A stretch of DNA of 64,000 bases from an uncultured Prevotella sp. Its GTDB lineage: Bacteria > Bacteroidota > Bacteroidia > Bacteroidales > Bacteroidaceae. The stretch lies in NCBI GenBank assembly GCA_902476365.1, contig CABSCZ010000005.1, positions 7,009-71,008 of the forward strand. Reading direction: 5' to 3'. Within the stretch, counting starts at the first letter, position 1. Each line of letters opens with the position of its first letter. The position numbers and the translations under genes are program-made. Shown here piece by piece: positions 30,153 to 39,923 of this stretch. The notes below the pieces were generated by a model, which did no database searches, was not told where the DNA came from, and saw only the letters and a list, made by a program, of their open reading frames with translations.

Positions 30153-31163
30153 TTAAGGGACATGAATGATCACCCTCTTCCCTTGTATACGATAGGTAAA
30201 CTTCCCATCAAGATTACTGAGTATATGTAATATCTGAGGCAGTCGTTCATCCGAGCGAAACTTCACATAATAGCCACCTTTCAGTCTTTCAATCCCATGG
30301 CACTCAATCTGTACGCCAAACCTGCGTTGAAGGACTTTCACAATTTGTGGGAAGGTAGCATTCTCAAATACAAGATTACCTTGCCTCCATGACAAATCCT
30401 GATTGGCATCCAAGCCACACAACAAGACCTTGCCTGTAGCTTTGTCATAGGTAAGCTTTTGGTTAGGGCGCATGGTATAACTACGTTCGATAGCCATCCC
30501 CCGCGCATCGTTTACTACCACGCGAGTGCTTCCTTCTTTCAAAGTAGTACTAATGATGGATTGCTCAGGATAAGCAGAAACGCCAAACTCAGTACCTAAC
30601 GCTGTTACCTGCAGGTATTGGGTCTTCACGATGAAAGGCTGGTGTGGCATCTTACTCACTTTGAAATAGGCTTCACCAATGAGGAATACAGAGCGAGTGT
30701 CAGCATTAAAACGAAGTGGATATACTAATGTCGTCCCCGCATTTAACACGACAAGAGTGTTGTCGCTGAGGGTCAAAGTTCGCATCTTGCCATCATCAAC
30801 CGTGACCTGCACGAAATCATCACTACGATGTCGGTCACTAAGGTATTCACGAGTAAGCACAAAGGTAGCCCCCATGGCAACAAACAATATCACCACGGCT
30901 GCGGCATATCGACGTAACCTTAGAAGGAATGAAGGATTTTTGCTATGATCGATTTGCTGCTGCAAGACAGCCCACTCGCCAACAGTCTCTTGCGTGCAAG
31001 CGGATGGGGTCTCATCCCACAGCTGCCGCATGGCATCCTCGTCTTCCGACTGCCTATCAGAGTTGAGAATCCACCAACGAAATTTCATCTGGGTGAGCTT
31101 TGTAGGCTGCATCTTGAAGAATCGTCTTATAGGGTCGTTTATATTTGTCGTATATTTCGTCAT
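30153..31163 (-). CDS. FecR-family anti-sigma factor
   Basis: Single TM segment AAAVVILFVAMGATFVL. The periplasmic region resembles a FecR/DUF4974 domain. It lies 53 nt downstream of an ECF sigma gene. Confidence 0.75.
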   Translation of the reverse strand: MTKYTTNINDPIRRFFKMQPTKLTQMKFRWWILNSDRQSEDEDAMRQLWDETPSACTQETVGEWAVLQQQIDHSKNPSFLLRLRRYAAAVVILFVAMGATFVLTREYLSDRHRSDDFVQVTVDDGKMRTLTLSDNTLVVLNAGTTLVYPLRFNADTRSVFLIGEAYFKVSKMPHQPFIVKTQYLQVTALGTEFGVSAYPEQSIISTTLKEGSTRVVVNDARGMAIERSYTMRPNQKLTYDKATGKVLLCGLDANQDLSWRQGNLVFENATFPQIVKVLQRRFGVQIECHGIERLKGGYYVKFRSDERLPQILHILSNLDGKFTYRIQGKRVIIHVP

Positions 31164-31216
31164 TCTATTATGATGTAAGCTATAAAATGGTATTCACACG
31201 CCCATTTTAACGTATA

Positions 31217-31768
31217 TTATGTAAAAATCACGATCATCAACTTCATGACGTGTCTGATTTCCGATAAAGCCTTGCTTAAATGGTTCTCAACGGTACGCTT
31301 GCTAATGTTTAGTTCCTTGGCTATATCATCATTAGTCATTCCCTTCTCACGACTCATCCGATAGATACGCTGCCGTTGCTCGGGCATGTGAGCTATTAAC
31401 AGCTCAATCATTCCTTGTAATTCAGCAGCAAAGAACTGCTCTTCTGTGCTATCATAGGTGATAGGCGCATGAAGGATTTGGTTCACATATTTATCATTGA
31501 CGAGACTATGGTCGAAGTAATTGTAAATAGCATGGCGCGCCATTTGGAAAAGATAGGATTGGAAATTCCTGACTTGTGCGCATTTCTTGCGATCTCGCCA
31601 GAGGCTTATGAAGAGATCCTGTGCCAAATCTCGGGCTGTCTCATGATCCTTTACAAAACCCTCGATAAAGTTGAGTAGCTTGGGATGATAAGTCAGGAAG
31701 AGAACCCCGAAAGCTCTTTTGTCTCCCAGGCTAAATGCTAAGATGATATTCTCATGGATGTTTTCCAT
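31217..31768 (-). CDS. ECF-subfamily RNA polymerase sigma-70 factor
   Basis: Sigma-2 region (DLAQDLFISLW) and sigma-4 HTH (MTNDDIAKELNISKRTVENHL) are present. The ORF-track start is TTG at 31795. The first ATG is at 31768. Confidence 0.8.
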   Translation of the reverse strand: MENIHENIILAFSLGDKRAFGVLFLTYHPKLLNFIEGFVKDHETARDLAQDLFISLWRDRKKCAQVRNFQSYLFQMARHAIYNYFDHSLVNDKYVNQILHAPITYDSTEEQFFAAELQGMIELLIAHMPEQRQRIYRMSREKGMTNDDIAKELNISKRTVENHLSKALSEIRHVMKLMIVIFT

Positions 31769-32019
31769 TGGCAGTAATCTTTTTCCAACATGCAAAGATA
31801 GTGTAAATCAGGCGAAGGGCAAAATAAAACTTCCTTATATTTTCTTTCGAGAAAGGAATCTACATGATTTTAGATGGACAATCGCCTTTCATTCGTAGGA
31901 GAAAGCAAGCGGATAGAAATAGATAAAAAGTTAGAGGGAATGGCAATAAAATCAGCAAAATGCTACTGGTTTGGCAGAAAATGCGTACTTTTGCATCTAT
32001 GAACAGATTATATGGAGAC

Positions 32020-33021
32020 ATGAAGCGTATGGACTTTTGGAGAGGCAGGCTGATGGGGGCATTCTTGCTCTTGCTGTTTGCGATGAATGGATATGCCCAG
32101 GACGAGGGAGGGCAGCCATTGGCGGACACCACTCGATGGGCAATTGTGAACGTATCTTGCTGTAATCTGCGGACAAGCGGGGATTACGATGCGGGGATGG
32201 AATCGCAGGCTTTGTTAGGCATGCCCTTGGGGGTGGACCAAGATGGCACTTGGCTGAAAGTGCGAACTCCCGACGAGGATCCTGCGTGGGTATTGCATTC
32301 CTCGGTGGTCATGGCGTCGAGAGCGCAATTGGAAAGGTGGAATCACTCACCGCAAGTGGTTGTGACCGCCATCTATGGCTTTGTCTACCAGAAGCCGAGT
32401 CGCGCTTCCTTGCCCGTGAGCGATGTGGTGGCAAGCAACCGGTTGAGGTTGTTGACAAAGAAAGGGAAGTTCTATCAGGTGGAATATCCTGATGGCAGGC
32501 AAGGCTACCTCCCGGTCTCGGACGCGCAGCCTTTGGATACGTGGAGAAAGGGATTGAAGAGCAGCGCGCGGAGCATCATTGCCACGGCGAAGAAGTTGTC
32601 GGGGATCCCCTACATGTGGGGAGGGACCAGCACGAAAGGCGTCGATTGCAGTGGGTTCATCCGCACGGTCCTCTTGCAGCATGACATCATCATCCCCCGC
32701 AATGCCTCACAGCAAGCCAGGAAAGGGGAGCATATTGAGATCGCACCCGACTTTGGCAACCTCATCCCTGGCGACTTGGTCTTCTTTGGAAGAAAAGCCA
32801 CTGATGAGAAGCCTGTCCATGTTTCCCACGTCGGGATGTACATTGGAAAAGGGAAGTTCATCCATTCCTTGGGATTTGTCCATATCAGCAGCTTCTACCC
32901 TAAGGACCCTGAGTATGATGAATACGACCTCAACCGCCTGCTGTGGGCGCAAAGGGTCTTGCCCTTCATCAACAAGGAAGAAGGGCTGACAACGACTGAT
33001 CGTAATGAATATTACAGATAA
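32020..33021 (+). CDS. NlpC/P60-family (C40) peptidoglycan gamma-D-glutamyl-L-diamino-acid endopeptidase with N-terminal SH3b-like region (YkfC-like)
   Basis: Catalytic Cys motif GIPYMWGGTSTKGVDCSGF and a downstream His (VHVSHVGMYIG) are present. Signal peptide MKRMDFWRGRLMGAFLLLLFAMNGYAQ. A TACTTTTG -7 box lies at 31986-31993, so 32020 is favoured over the ORF-track start at 31960. Confidence 0.8.
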   Translation: MKRMDFWRGRLMGAFLLLLFAMNGYAQDEGGQPLADTTRWAIVNVSCCNLRTSGDYDAGMESQALLGMPLGVDQDGTWLKVRTPDEDPAWVLHSSVVMASRAQLERWNHSPQVVVTAIYGFVYQKPSRASLPVSDVVASNRLRLLTKKGKFYQVEYPDGRQGYLPVSDAQPLDTWRKGLKSSARSIIATAKKLSGIPYMWGGTSTKGVDCSGFIRTVLLQHDIIIPRNASQQARKGEHIEIAPDFGNLIPGDLVFFGRKATDEKPVHVSHVGMYIGKGKFIHSLGFVHISSFYPKDPEYDEYDLNRLLWAQRVLPFINKEEGLTTTDRNEYYR

Positions 33022-33030
33022 TCAGATATA

Positions 33031-34191
33031 ATGACAACACGAAGAGATTTCATCAAGAAGGCGGCCCTCGCCACGGCGGGCTCCGCCCTTGCCCTCACTC
33101 ATATAGATGCCTTGGAGCTGAAGGGGTTACAAAAGAAAAATGTGAACATAAACCATCGGGGAATGTCCCACCGGTTGGAGATGAAGTTCTTCCCTTATGA
33201 GCTGAAGTTGCAGCATGTCTTTACTGTGGCTACCTATTCGCGCACAACCACCCCAGACGTGCAGGTGGAAATCACCTATGATGGGGTGACCGGATACGGA
33301 GAGGCTTCCATGCCGCAGTATTTAGGGCAGACCGTGCAGAGCGTGACCTCCTTCTTGCAGAAGGTAGACCTGAGTCCATTCCACGATCCTTTTCAATTAG
33401 AGGATATCCTTGCGTATGTGGATAGTCTCTCGCCCGGCGACACGGCTGCCAAGGCAGCTGTGGACATTGCCCTGCACGACTTAGTGGGGAAGCTGCTGGG
33501 AGCCCCGTGGTATAAGATCTGGGGGTTAGACAAAGCCAAGGCCCCTTCCACGACTTTTACCATTGGCATTGACACGGCAGACGTGGTAAGACAGAAAACG
33601 AGGGAGTGCGCAAACAAATTTAACATCCTGAAAGTCAAGCTCGGGCGCGATAACGACAAGGAGATGATAGAGACCATCAGGAGCGTAACCCAACTCCCGA
33701 TAGCAGTGGATGTCAACCAAGGTTGGAAAGACCGTCAGATGGCGTTGGACATGATCTTCTGGCTCAAAGAGCATGGCATTGTCATGGTAGAGCAGCCTAT
33801 GCCCAAGGAGCAGAAAGATGACATTGCCTGGATCACGGAAAGAAGTCCCTTGCCTATCTTCGCCGATGAAGCCATCCAACGGCTGAAGGATATCAAGAGC
33901 GTGGAGGGTGCTTACTCTGGCATCAATATCAAGCTCATGAAGTGCACGGGCATGCGCGAGGCGTGGAAGATGCTCAACTACGCGCGCGCCATCGGCATGA
34001 AGGTCATGGTAGGGTGCATGACCGAGACCTCTTGCGCGGTCAGTGCTGCTGCCCAACTGTCGCCGGCTGTTGACTTTGCCGACTTAGACGGCAATCTCCT
34101 GATTTCCAATGACAGGTTCAAAGGGATGGAGGTCGTCAAGGGTAAGATCACGCTCCCTGACCGCCCGGGTATCGGGGTCGTCAAACTATAG
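33031..34191 (+). CDS. L-Ala-D/L-Glu (dipeptide) epimerase, enolase superfamily (YkfB-like), with twin-arginine signal
   Basis: Tat motif TRRDFIKKAALATAGSA. MLE-subgroup residues: KVKLG (KxK), DVNQGW, VEQP, FADE. Confidence 0.8.
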   Translation: MTTRRDFIKKAALATAGSALALTHIDALELKGLQKKNVNINHRGMSHRLEMKFFPYELKLQHVFTVATYSRTTTPDVQVEITYDGVTGYGEASMPQYLGQTVQSVTSFLQKVDLSPFHDPFQLEDILAYVDSLSPGDTAAKAAVDIALHDLVGKLLGAPWYKIWGLDKAKAPSTTFTIGIDTADVVRQKTRECANKFNILKVKLGRDNDKEMIETIRSVTQLPIAVDVNQGWKDRQMALDMIFWLKEHGIVMVEQPMPKEQKDDIAWITERSPLPIFADEAIQRLKDIKSVEGAYSGINIKLMKCTGMREAWKMLNYARAIGMKVMVGCMTETSCAVSAAAQLSPAVDFADLDGNLLISNDRFKGMEVVKGKITLPDRPGIGVVKL

Positions 34192-34221
34192 TTGAGGAAA
34201 AACCGTGCGTGGGTCGCCATG

Positions 34222-34905
34222 CTATAGGTTGAGGAGGAAACCAAGATTGAAAATGCCTTGCTTGCCATAGCCTATCTCTACGAATCCACGCATCCGCTCG
34301 CCTCCTGTCTCCACGCCTACGCAGGAGACTTGATAAGCCAACTTTAACCGATCCTCATGCTTCTCCGGGTAGAGATGATGGTCGCTGGTCACGTCCAGCT
34401 GGTAGTATTGGATGCCCAGCCCTGCCTTAGAGTAAAGCCTGAAGGTGCGACGAGCATACCATGTATACATGACCGTGGGGATGGCATAATAGGAGCGGCT
34501 CTTGATGTCTACGTCGGAAGAAGGCGTCAGAGCATAAATGACTCCTCCAAGGACATAGGCGAAAGGAGAATACTCCAAGCTCGCCTTGTATTTCTCATCC
34601 CATGGCTGGCGTGCCCAACTGTCAGCCCCTGCTGCGCCAAAAGTCCCACCTATGGCCCAATGCTTGTGGAAGTGGTAGAGATATTCGGCATGGGCAGAAA
34701 ACTCTGAGCATGTCAAGTCGCCTCCCCATGGATTTCTTTCTAAGCCATAGGCTTCGACGTATTGGTCTAAGATGGATTTCGCATGTCCATCATATCCGAT
34801 CCCTACCCCGAACCTGATCTCATGGCGGGGCAACTGGCTGATTGCCACTAAAGAATAAAATGCAAATGCCGTGATTGCAAAAAGTCTGGTCGCCTTTTCT
34901 TTCAT
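34222..34905 (-). CDS. outer-membrane beta-barrel protein (OmpW/porin-like), hypothetical
   Basis: Signal peptide, alternating amphipathic strands and a C-terminal ...GFLLNL are present. Confidence 0.5.
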   Translation of the reverse strand: MKEKATRLFAITAFAFYSLVAISQLPRHEIRFGVGIGYDGHAKSILDQYVEAYGLERNPWGGDLTCSEFSAHAEYLYHFHKHWAIGGTFGAAGADSWARQPWDEKYKASLEYSPFAYVLGGVIYALTPSSDVDIKSRSYYAIPTVMYTWYARRTFRLYSKAGLGIQYYQLDVTSDHHLYPEKHEDRLKLAYQVSCVGVETGGERMRGFVEIGYGKQGIFNLGFLLNL

Positions 34906-34988
34906 ACTGATTACTGTTTTAATTTCCTGACAATAAATGACAGGAAGTCAAAAAGCTTGCATGCGGCGACCGACTTTTTTCATCCTTG

Positions 34989-36296
34989 TTACTCGCCAAC
35001 GCTCTTACTTTTGCGTTGCTCGAACAGCCAATCCCTGATCCCTGCGAAGGTATAAGCCACGCGCCAGGTCCCATTATGCCATCCACCTCTCAGATGGCTA
35101 TAGCGGATAGTAGCAGGACTCTTCCGCATCGCTTCTATTTCCTGGGCACGTGCCACCTCAGTGGTGTCGAGAGGCCAGCTCACGGAGTCGGTCTTGGCTC
35201 CTAAGGAGCTCCACAGCTTCAAGGCCGTGGCTGCCCCTGCCGAGCTTTTCGCGTCGCCCGTGCAGGAGATGAGCCAGAGGGGCTTCTTCGCCATGGGCGC
35301 GATGACGTTCGGGTCCCATTGCCCTGCCACGAGCATGCCTGCCGCGAATTCATCGGGATGGGTGGACATGAGCAAATAGCTGAGCATGCATCCCATCGAC
35401 TGTCCCGTGGTGTAGACGCGGTCAGCATCAATGGAGTATTGCTTCTTGATGGCTTCAAGCAAGTCGATGGTAGTCTCGGCACTGGAGGTGACGCGGAAGC
35501 TGTCGTCCACCACGATCTCATCGTATTGTGGGGCAAGGACGAAACAGGGGTGTTTCGCCTGGTCCAGAGGCGAAGCCCATACCGTGGCCCCATTGCCTTG
35601 CAGGAGCGTATAGTTGTCATTCTGGTTGGCACCGCTGGCATCGTGCATGAACAATACGAGTGGGTAGTGCTTGGAACTGTCGTAGCCTTTCGGCACGAAC
35701 AGGTTATAGCGCAGTGCCACTCCGGTCTTTTCATCTTTGAAGGTTAACTGTTTGAATTCTTCAGCCACAAGGACTTTGCTCTTGTCATTGGTGAGGGTAG
35801 CCCCACTTTTGTAAACCTTTCCTGTTGATGTCTTGATGGCTTTGCTTTGGGTTACGGTCGCGGTGATCGGGAAGGGGTTAGCCTCTCGCGTTGGCCTATT
35901 TCCTGCGGTGATGCCTCCAGCAGGTCCTCCTCCAGCAGTATCTTTCGCATCCTGAGGCTTGCCCTGACCCTTCTTCTTGTCTGGTCCGAAGTCTGGAGTG
36001 AGCGACACCGTTGTCTTCAACTCTATAATGACGAAATTTCCTTTTCGCGGTGCGCGCGCCTTCATTGCCTCGGTGTTTGTATAGACACGCTTGACCGTGC
36101 GCCCAGCTACGGCATAGGTCGCTGTCGTGAGACTGCTGCCGTTGACCGGTGCGTCGTATTCTATCGCCACGGCTGTCGTCTTGGCTCCATCGCCAAGCAC
36201 CTCCCCAATGGCTGTCACACTCTTTACATGGCTCGTTGCTCCCCAAGAGGAAAGGGCGACGAGCAATAAACATACTGCTGATACAATCTTTTTCAT
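34989..36296 (-). CDS. secreted alpha/beta-hydrolase esterase with N-terminal Ig-like domain
   Basis: ATG at 36294-36296 gives a signal MKKIVSAVCLLLVALSSWGA. Nucleophile elbow GQSMGC. The C-terminal ~270 aa is paralogous to the next gene. Confidence 0.7.
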   Translation of the reverse strand: MKKIVSAVCLLLVALSSWGATSHVKSVTAIGEVLGDGAKTTAVAIEYDAPVNGSSLTTATYAVAGRTVKRVYTNTEAMKARAPRKGNFVIIELKTTVSLTPDFGPDKKKGQGKPQDAKDTAGGGPAGGITAGNRPTREANPFPITATVTQSKAIKTSTGKVYKSGATLTNDKSKVLVAEEFKQLTFKDEKTGVALRYNLFVPKGYDSSKHYPLVLFMHDASGANQNDNYTLLQGNGATVWASPLDQAKHPCFVLAPQYDEIVVDDSFRVTSSAETTIDLLEAIKKQYSIDADRVYTTGQSMGCMLSYLLMSTHPDEFAAGMLVAGQWDPNVIAPMAKKPLWLISCTGDAKSSAGAATALKLWSSLGAKTDSVSWPLDTTEVARAQEIEAMRKSPATIRYSHLRGGWHNGTWRVAYTFAGIRDWLFEQRKSKSVGE

Positions 36297-36327
36297 AAAC
36301 CTATTTTTTATAATGTAATACCAATCG

Positions 36328-38328
36328 TTATTGGTGCTGCTCGAACAGCCAGTCCCTGATGGCAGCAAAGCCATAGGCTACGCGCCATGTGTCGAAATGA
36401 GAACCTGACGTCAGATGCGCATAGTGGATATTGCTGCCTTGCCTCAAGAGATCCTGGGCTTCGGCATCACGCTCTTTGTCTGTGGCGAGAAGCGGCCAGT
36501 CGGCAGAGACACACTTGCCACCTTGTCCTTGCCATTCTTGGATAGCTTCCTCAGCGCCTTGCTTCGACTTCCCCGCGCTGGCTACCAGCCAGAGTGGTTT
36601 CTTTGCCATGGATGCCAGGTCGGAGGCACGCCAATGGCCGGCAACGAGATACCCCGCCGTGAAAAGAGAGGGATATGACGACATGAGCACGTAGGACATC
36701 ATGCAACCCATCGACTGTCCGGTGAGATAGACCCTCGTCGTATCAATCGGATACCGGACAAGCAAGTCTTTGATCAAGTCAAGGGTCGTCTCTATGCTGG
36801 AGGTCTTGCCGTAGTTATCGTCCACCACCACCTCATCGTATTGTGGGGCGAGCACAAAGCAAGGATGCTTCGCTTGGCTTTCAGGGTCAGCCCATACCAC
36901 AGCGCCCATCCCTTGTCGAAGCGTATAAGTATCTTCCTGCCCAGAGCAACTGGCATCATGCAGGAAGATGACCAAGGGCAGGCGTCGTGTGTATAGCGAG
37001 TCTGCCGGCTTGAAAAGATTATAGCGCAAGGTATCACCTGTGTGGGCATCATGGAAAGAGCCTTGGGCAAAGTCATCCACCACAAGCGTCTTAGCCATGG
37101 TATTTCTTAGCAGCAATTTCTCGGTGTAGCTTTCTCCATCCACCGTCTTGACGGGTTCAACCTGTCGGAAGACAACTGTCGTAGGGAAGGGGTTCGTCTT
37201 TCTCACTGGCCGGTTGCCCGCAATGATCTGTGGGATGGCATGGCGTTGCTCGTCCAACGTCTTGCCACTTGTTCCTTTTGCCATACGTGTCGTGTCCATG
37301 GCATCTAAGTGCAAGTCGTTTTTCAGCAGGATAATGACATGGCGACCTTCGGGTGCCTTGCCTTGCGGTGTCTCCGTACTGCTTGTAAAGGCGTCTGCCA
37401 CCTCATGCCCTTCCACTTGGTAAGTAGCTTTCGACACAGTAGACCCATCGATAGGCTGCTCATAGCGCACCATGATGTAGGCGACCTTCTGCCCATCGCC
37501 ATAAACCTTGCTGACCGATTGCGAGGCGATGACATGGCTAACTCCAAGGAAGCTGTTGAATGCCTTGGGTGCATTGGTGATGAAAACGGTTATGCCAGCA
37601 CGCTGAAGCCTTCCGTAGACCATGTTCATGCTATCCCGGGTTGTCCGCTTTTGCTCGATAGGCATTCTCCAGGTCTCTGCGCTTTTCCTCGTCAAGCTGC
37701 CGAGGTTGACAAACTCCGTTTGGGTGCCCGTACGCCTCACCAGACTATCAATATCTTTTTTATATTCCGCATAATTGCTAATGGCAACCAAGATCTTTCC
37801 TTTGCAGAAGCAAAGAGCCTCTTCAAGTGTGGGGATCTGCAGTGGGGTCATACCTCCATGATATTCTTTTAGCCGGAGGCCCTTGAGTTGTGCCAATGTC
37901 AGGTCAGACACCTTCCCCGACCCGTTGGTCATGCGGTTGACAGTTGCGTCCGCCATCAGAACCAGAGTGCCATCCTTGCTCCTTCTCACGTCAACTTCCA
38001 CGCCAGCACAGCCTTTTTCTATTGCTTTCTGTATGGAATGGAGAGAATTTTCTGCAGTGCCATTCCAATCGCCTCGGTGGGCAATAACGAAGAGGGACGT
38101 ACCGTTCTTGTCTAAAAGCTGTTGGCGGAGGTCTCTCGTATTGTAGTTGCTTTCCACACTGTCATTGACGGTAAAATCTACCTGATGATCCTTGTCGGCA
38201 TAGGATGCGATGGAACCTATGGCAAACACGACAAGCAAGAGTGCCTGCTTCAGGCGACCTTTTGTCACCTTGACGAGAAAAGGAGCTAAGAGAAAGAGGC
38301 TGCTCCCTGTAATGAAACACTTTTTCAT
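36328..38328 (-). CDS. fusion protein: N-terminal glycerophosphodiester phosphodiesterase domain + C-terminal alpha/beta-hydrolase esterase domain
   Basis: GDPD motifs VIAHRGDWNGTAENS, EVDVRRSKDGTLVLMAD. The esterase half (GQSMGC) aligns residue-for-residue with the downstream paralog (e.g. KHPCFVLAPQYDE(V/I)VVDD, WRVAYxFAxIRDWLFEQ). Confidence 0.75.
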   Translation of the reverse strand: MKKCFITGSSLFLLAPFLVKVTKGRLKQALLLVVFAIGSIASYADKDHQVDFTVNDSVESNYNTRDLRQQLLDKNGTSLFVIAHRGDWNGTAENSLHSIQKAIEKGCAGVEVDVRRSKDGTLVLMADATVNRMTNGSGKVSDLTLAQLKGLRLKEYHGGMTPLQIPTLEEALCFCKGKILVAISNYAEYKKDIDSLVRRTGTQTEFVNLGSLTRKSAETWRMPIEQKRTTRDSMNMVYGRLQRAGITVFITNAPKAFNSFLGVSHVIASQSVSKVYGDGQKVAYIMVRYEQPIDGSTVSKATYQVEGHEVADAFTSSTETPQGKAPEGRHVIILLKNDLHLDAMDTTRMAKGTSGKTLDEQRHAIPQIIAGNRPVRKTNPFPTTVVFRQVEPVKTVDGESYTEKLLLRNTMAKTLVVDDFAQGSFHDAHTGDTLRYNLFKPADSLYTRRLPLVIFLHDASCSGQEDTYTLRQGMGAVVWADPESQAKHPCFVLAPQYDEVVVDDNYGKTSSIETTLDLIKDLLVRYPIDTTRVYLTGQSMGCMMSYVLMSSYPSLFTAGYLVAGHWRASDLASMAKKPLWLVASAGKSKQGAEEAIQEWQGQGGKCVSADWPLLATDKERDAEAQDLLRQGSNIHYAHLTSGSHFDTWRVAYGFAAIRDWLFEQHQ

Positions 38329-38628
38329 AAACCTATACTTTTAAAGAAAATATTCCTATCATGTATGTGGAGCTCATTCATGCCTTCACCCTAAAAAGCA
38401 TAGGTTCCTACCAGGACCTCATGATATTGGATGGGAGACCTGCCCGAAGGTTTACCGCAGCCTTCCTCTTTTGACTTATTTTTCATGATTTTTGCTCTTT
38501 TTGCACTTCTCTGCCTCCCTGACACACTCCTATGCAGGGCATACCATATATTCATAAGATTTATCCATGATCATATAACAGAAATGGAGAAAGACCGTAG
38601 TACTTTTGCCACATCAAAGATAGACAAG

Positions 38629-39573
38629 ATGAAGATGGATAAGAAAATGAGATTCAGGATGTTGATATCCGTTGTTGCCCTCGCCATCATGGGTTTGGGC
38701 GCAGACATGCTAAAAGACCGTGAGGTGATCTTCCCGGAGGTGTCAGCACTTGCTGTCGGCTTATGGGTTGCCGACAAAAGAATATGGAATGTGCGTGGGT
38801 ATGAGATTCCCTTGCTGATGACCCTCTCGGCTGTGGAAGGAGTTATCCTTACGCGCTATGCTATGATCCCCCTATTTGTGCAGTTGACAGTTGCATTTGC
38901 CTTGTCGGCATTGTCGATGTCGCTGCTACGTATCCCCCTGATCCCCTCCATAGCAGCCATTCTCCTGCCCGTCCTCCTGCACACAGAGTCGTGGTACTAT
39001 CCGGCTTCTGTGGCATTGATGACAACGGTAATGGCCATAGGGACCAAACTCTTGCAATCCTTCGGGCTAAAGGAGCCGCTTACCCCTGTGTCAAGCAGGG
39101 AGGGACTGACAGTGAGCACAGCTAAGCAATGGATTGACCGCTATCTTCTCTTGCTGCCCTTGCTAGTCATCGCCACGTGGCATAGCTGGCTTTTCGCCAT
39201 TGTCCCCCCATTAGTCATCATCCTCATAGAGTTGTCCAACCCGAAGAACATGTTCAGATCGCGCCCCCTATCCTTATGGTTTACGACGATGGCCGTCGCC
39301 ATCATCGGGACCATATGCCGAATGCTGCTCTTAGAACGACTTTCCCTTCCGTATAGGGTGTCAGTCTCCACATCTTTCCTTGCAGCCTTTTGGGTGATGC
39401 AGCGGACAAGGATGATGTTCCCTCCCATACCTGCATTGGCAATTATCCCCTTTATTCTTCCTGATAGCTATCCTCTCTTCCCCCTTGAGGTGGCAGCAGG
39501 CTCGGCGTATGCCATTGCCGTACCATTATTGAAGGGTGCGGTGATGCGCAAGTTCTCCTGGAATAGGATCTGA
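38629..39573 (+). CDS. polytopic inner-membrane protein, hypothetical
   Basis: Multiple TM segments. The ORF is open from 38431, but a TACTTTTG -7 box at 38601-38608 suggests the start is the ATG at 38629 (MKMDKKMRFRMLISVVALAIMG). Confidence 0.45.
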   Translation: MKMDKKMRFRMLISVVALAIMGLGADMLKDREVIFPEVSALAVGLWVADKRIWNVRGYEIPLLMTLSAVEGVILTRYAMIPLFVQLTVAFALSALSMSLLRIPLIPSIAAILLPVLLHTESWYYPASVALMTTVMAIGTKLLQSFGLKEPLTPVSSREGLTVSTAKQWIDRYLLLLPLLVIATWHSWLFAIVPPLVIILIELSNPKNMFRSRPLSLWFTTMAVAIIGTICRMLLLERLSLPYRVSVSTSFLAAFWVMQRTRMMFPPIPALAIIPFILPDSYPLFPLEVAAGSAYAIAVPLLKGAVMRKFSWNRI

Positions 39574-39893
39574 GGCGAACTTGCATTTGGTCCTGTGCAA
39601 AGAAGAAGTTAAAGCAGCGGTGGAGGGCAACCTCCCAAGAATAGGACTGCGCCTGTAGCTTGGTGACGGGCAGCAGTGCTAAGAAGACTATCCCTGCCAT
39701 TGTTGGAATCTCTTCTTAGGCGATGCTAATCGTTTATGGGAATACTGACAATTTACCACATCTCCATGCAAAGATAGTTCATTCGAAGAACGACAAGAGG
39801 TTTGTCATTAAAAATGAAGGGCTCCTTGTGATATAATTTTCGCATTTTTGAAAATAATATGTCAACATGTATTGCTGTTTATCAAATTTATAA

Positions 39894-39901
39894 TATCTTT
39901 G
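39894..39901 (+). promoter_or_regulatory. candidate -7 box (TATCTTTG) for the ECF sigma gene
   Basis: TAnnTTTG match 23 nt upstream of the ATG at 39924. No well-spaced -33 TTTG was found. Confidence 0.25.
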
Positions 39902-39923
39902 CCATCGTTATACAATCATTTTA

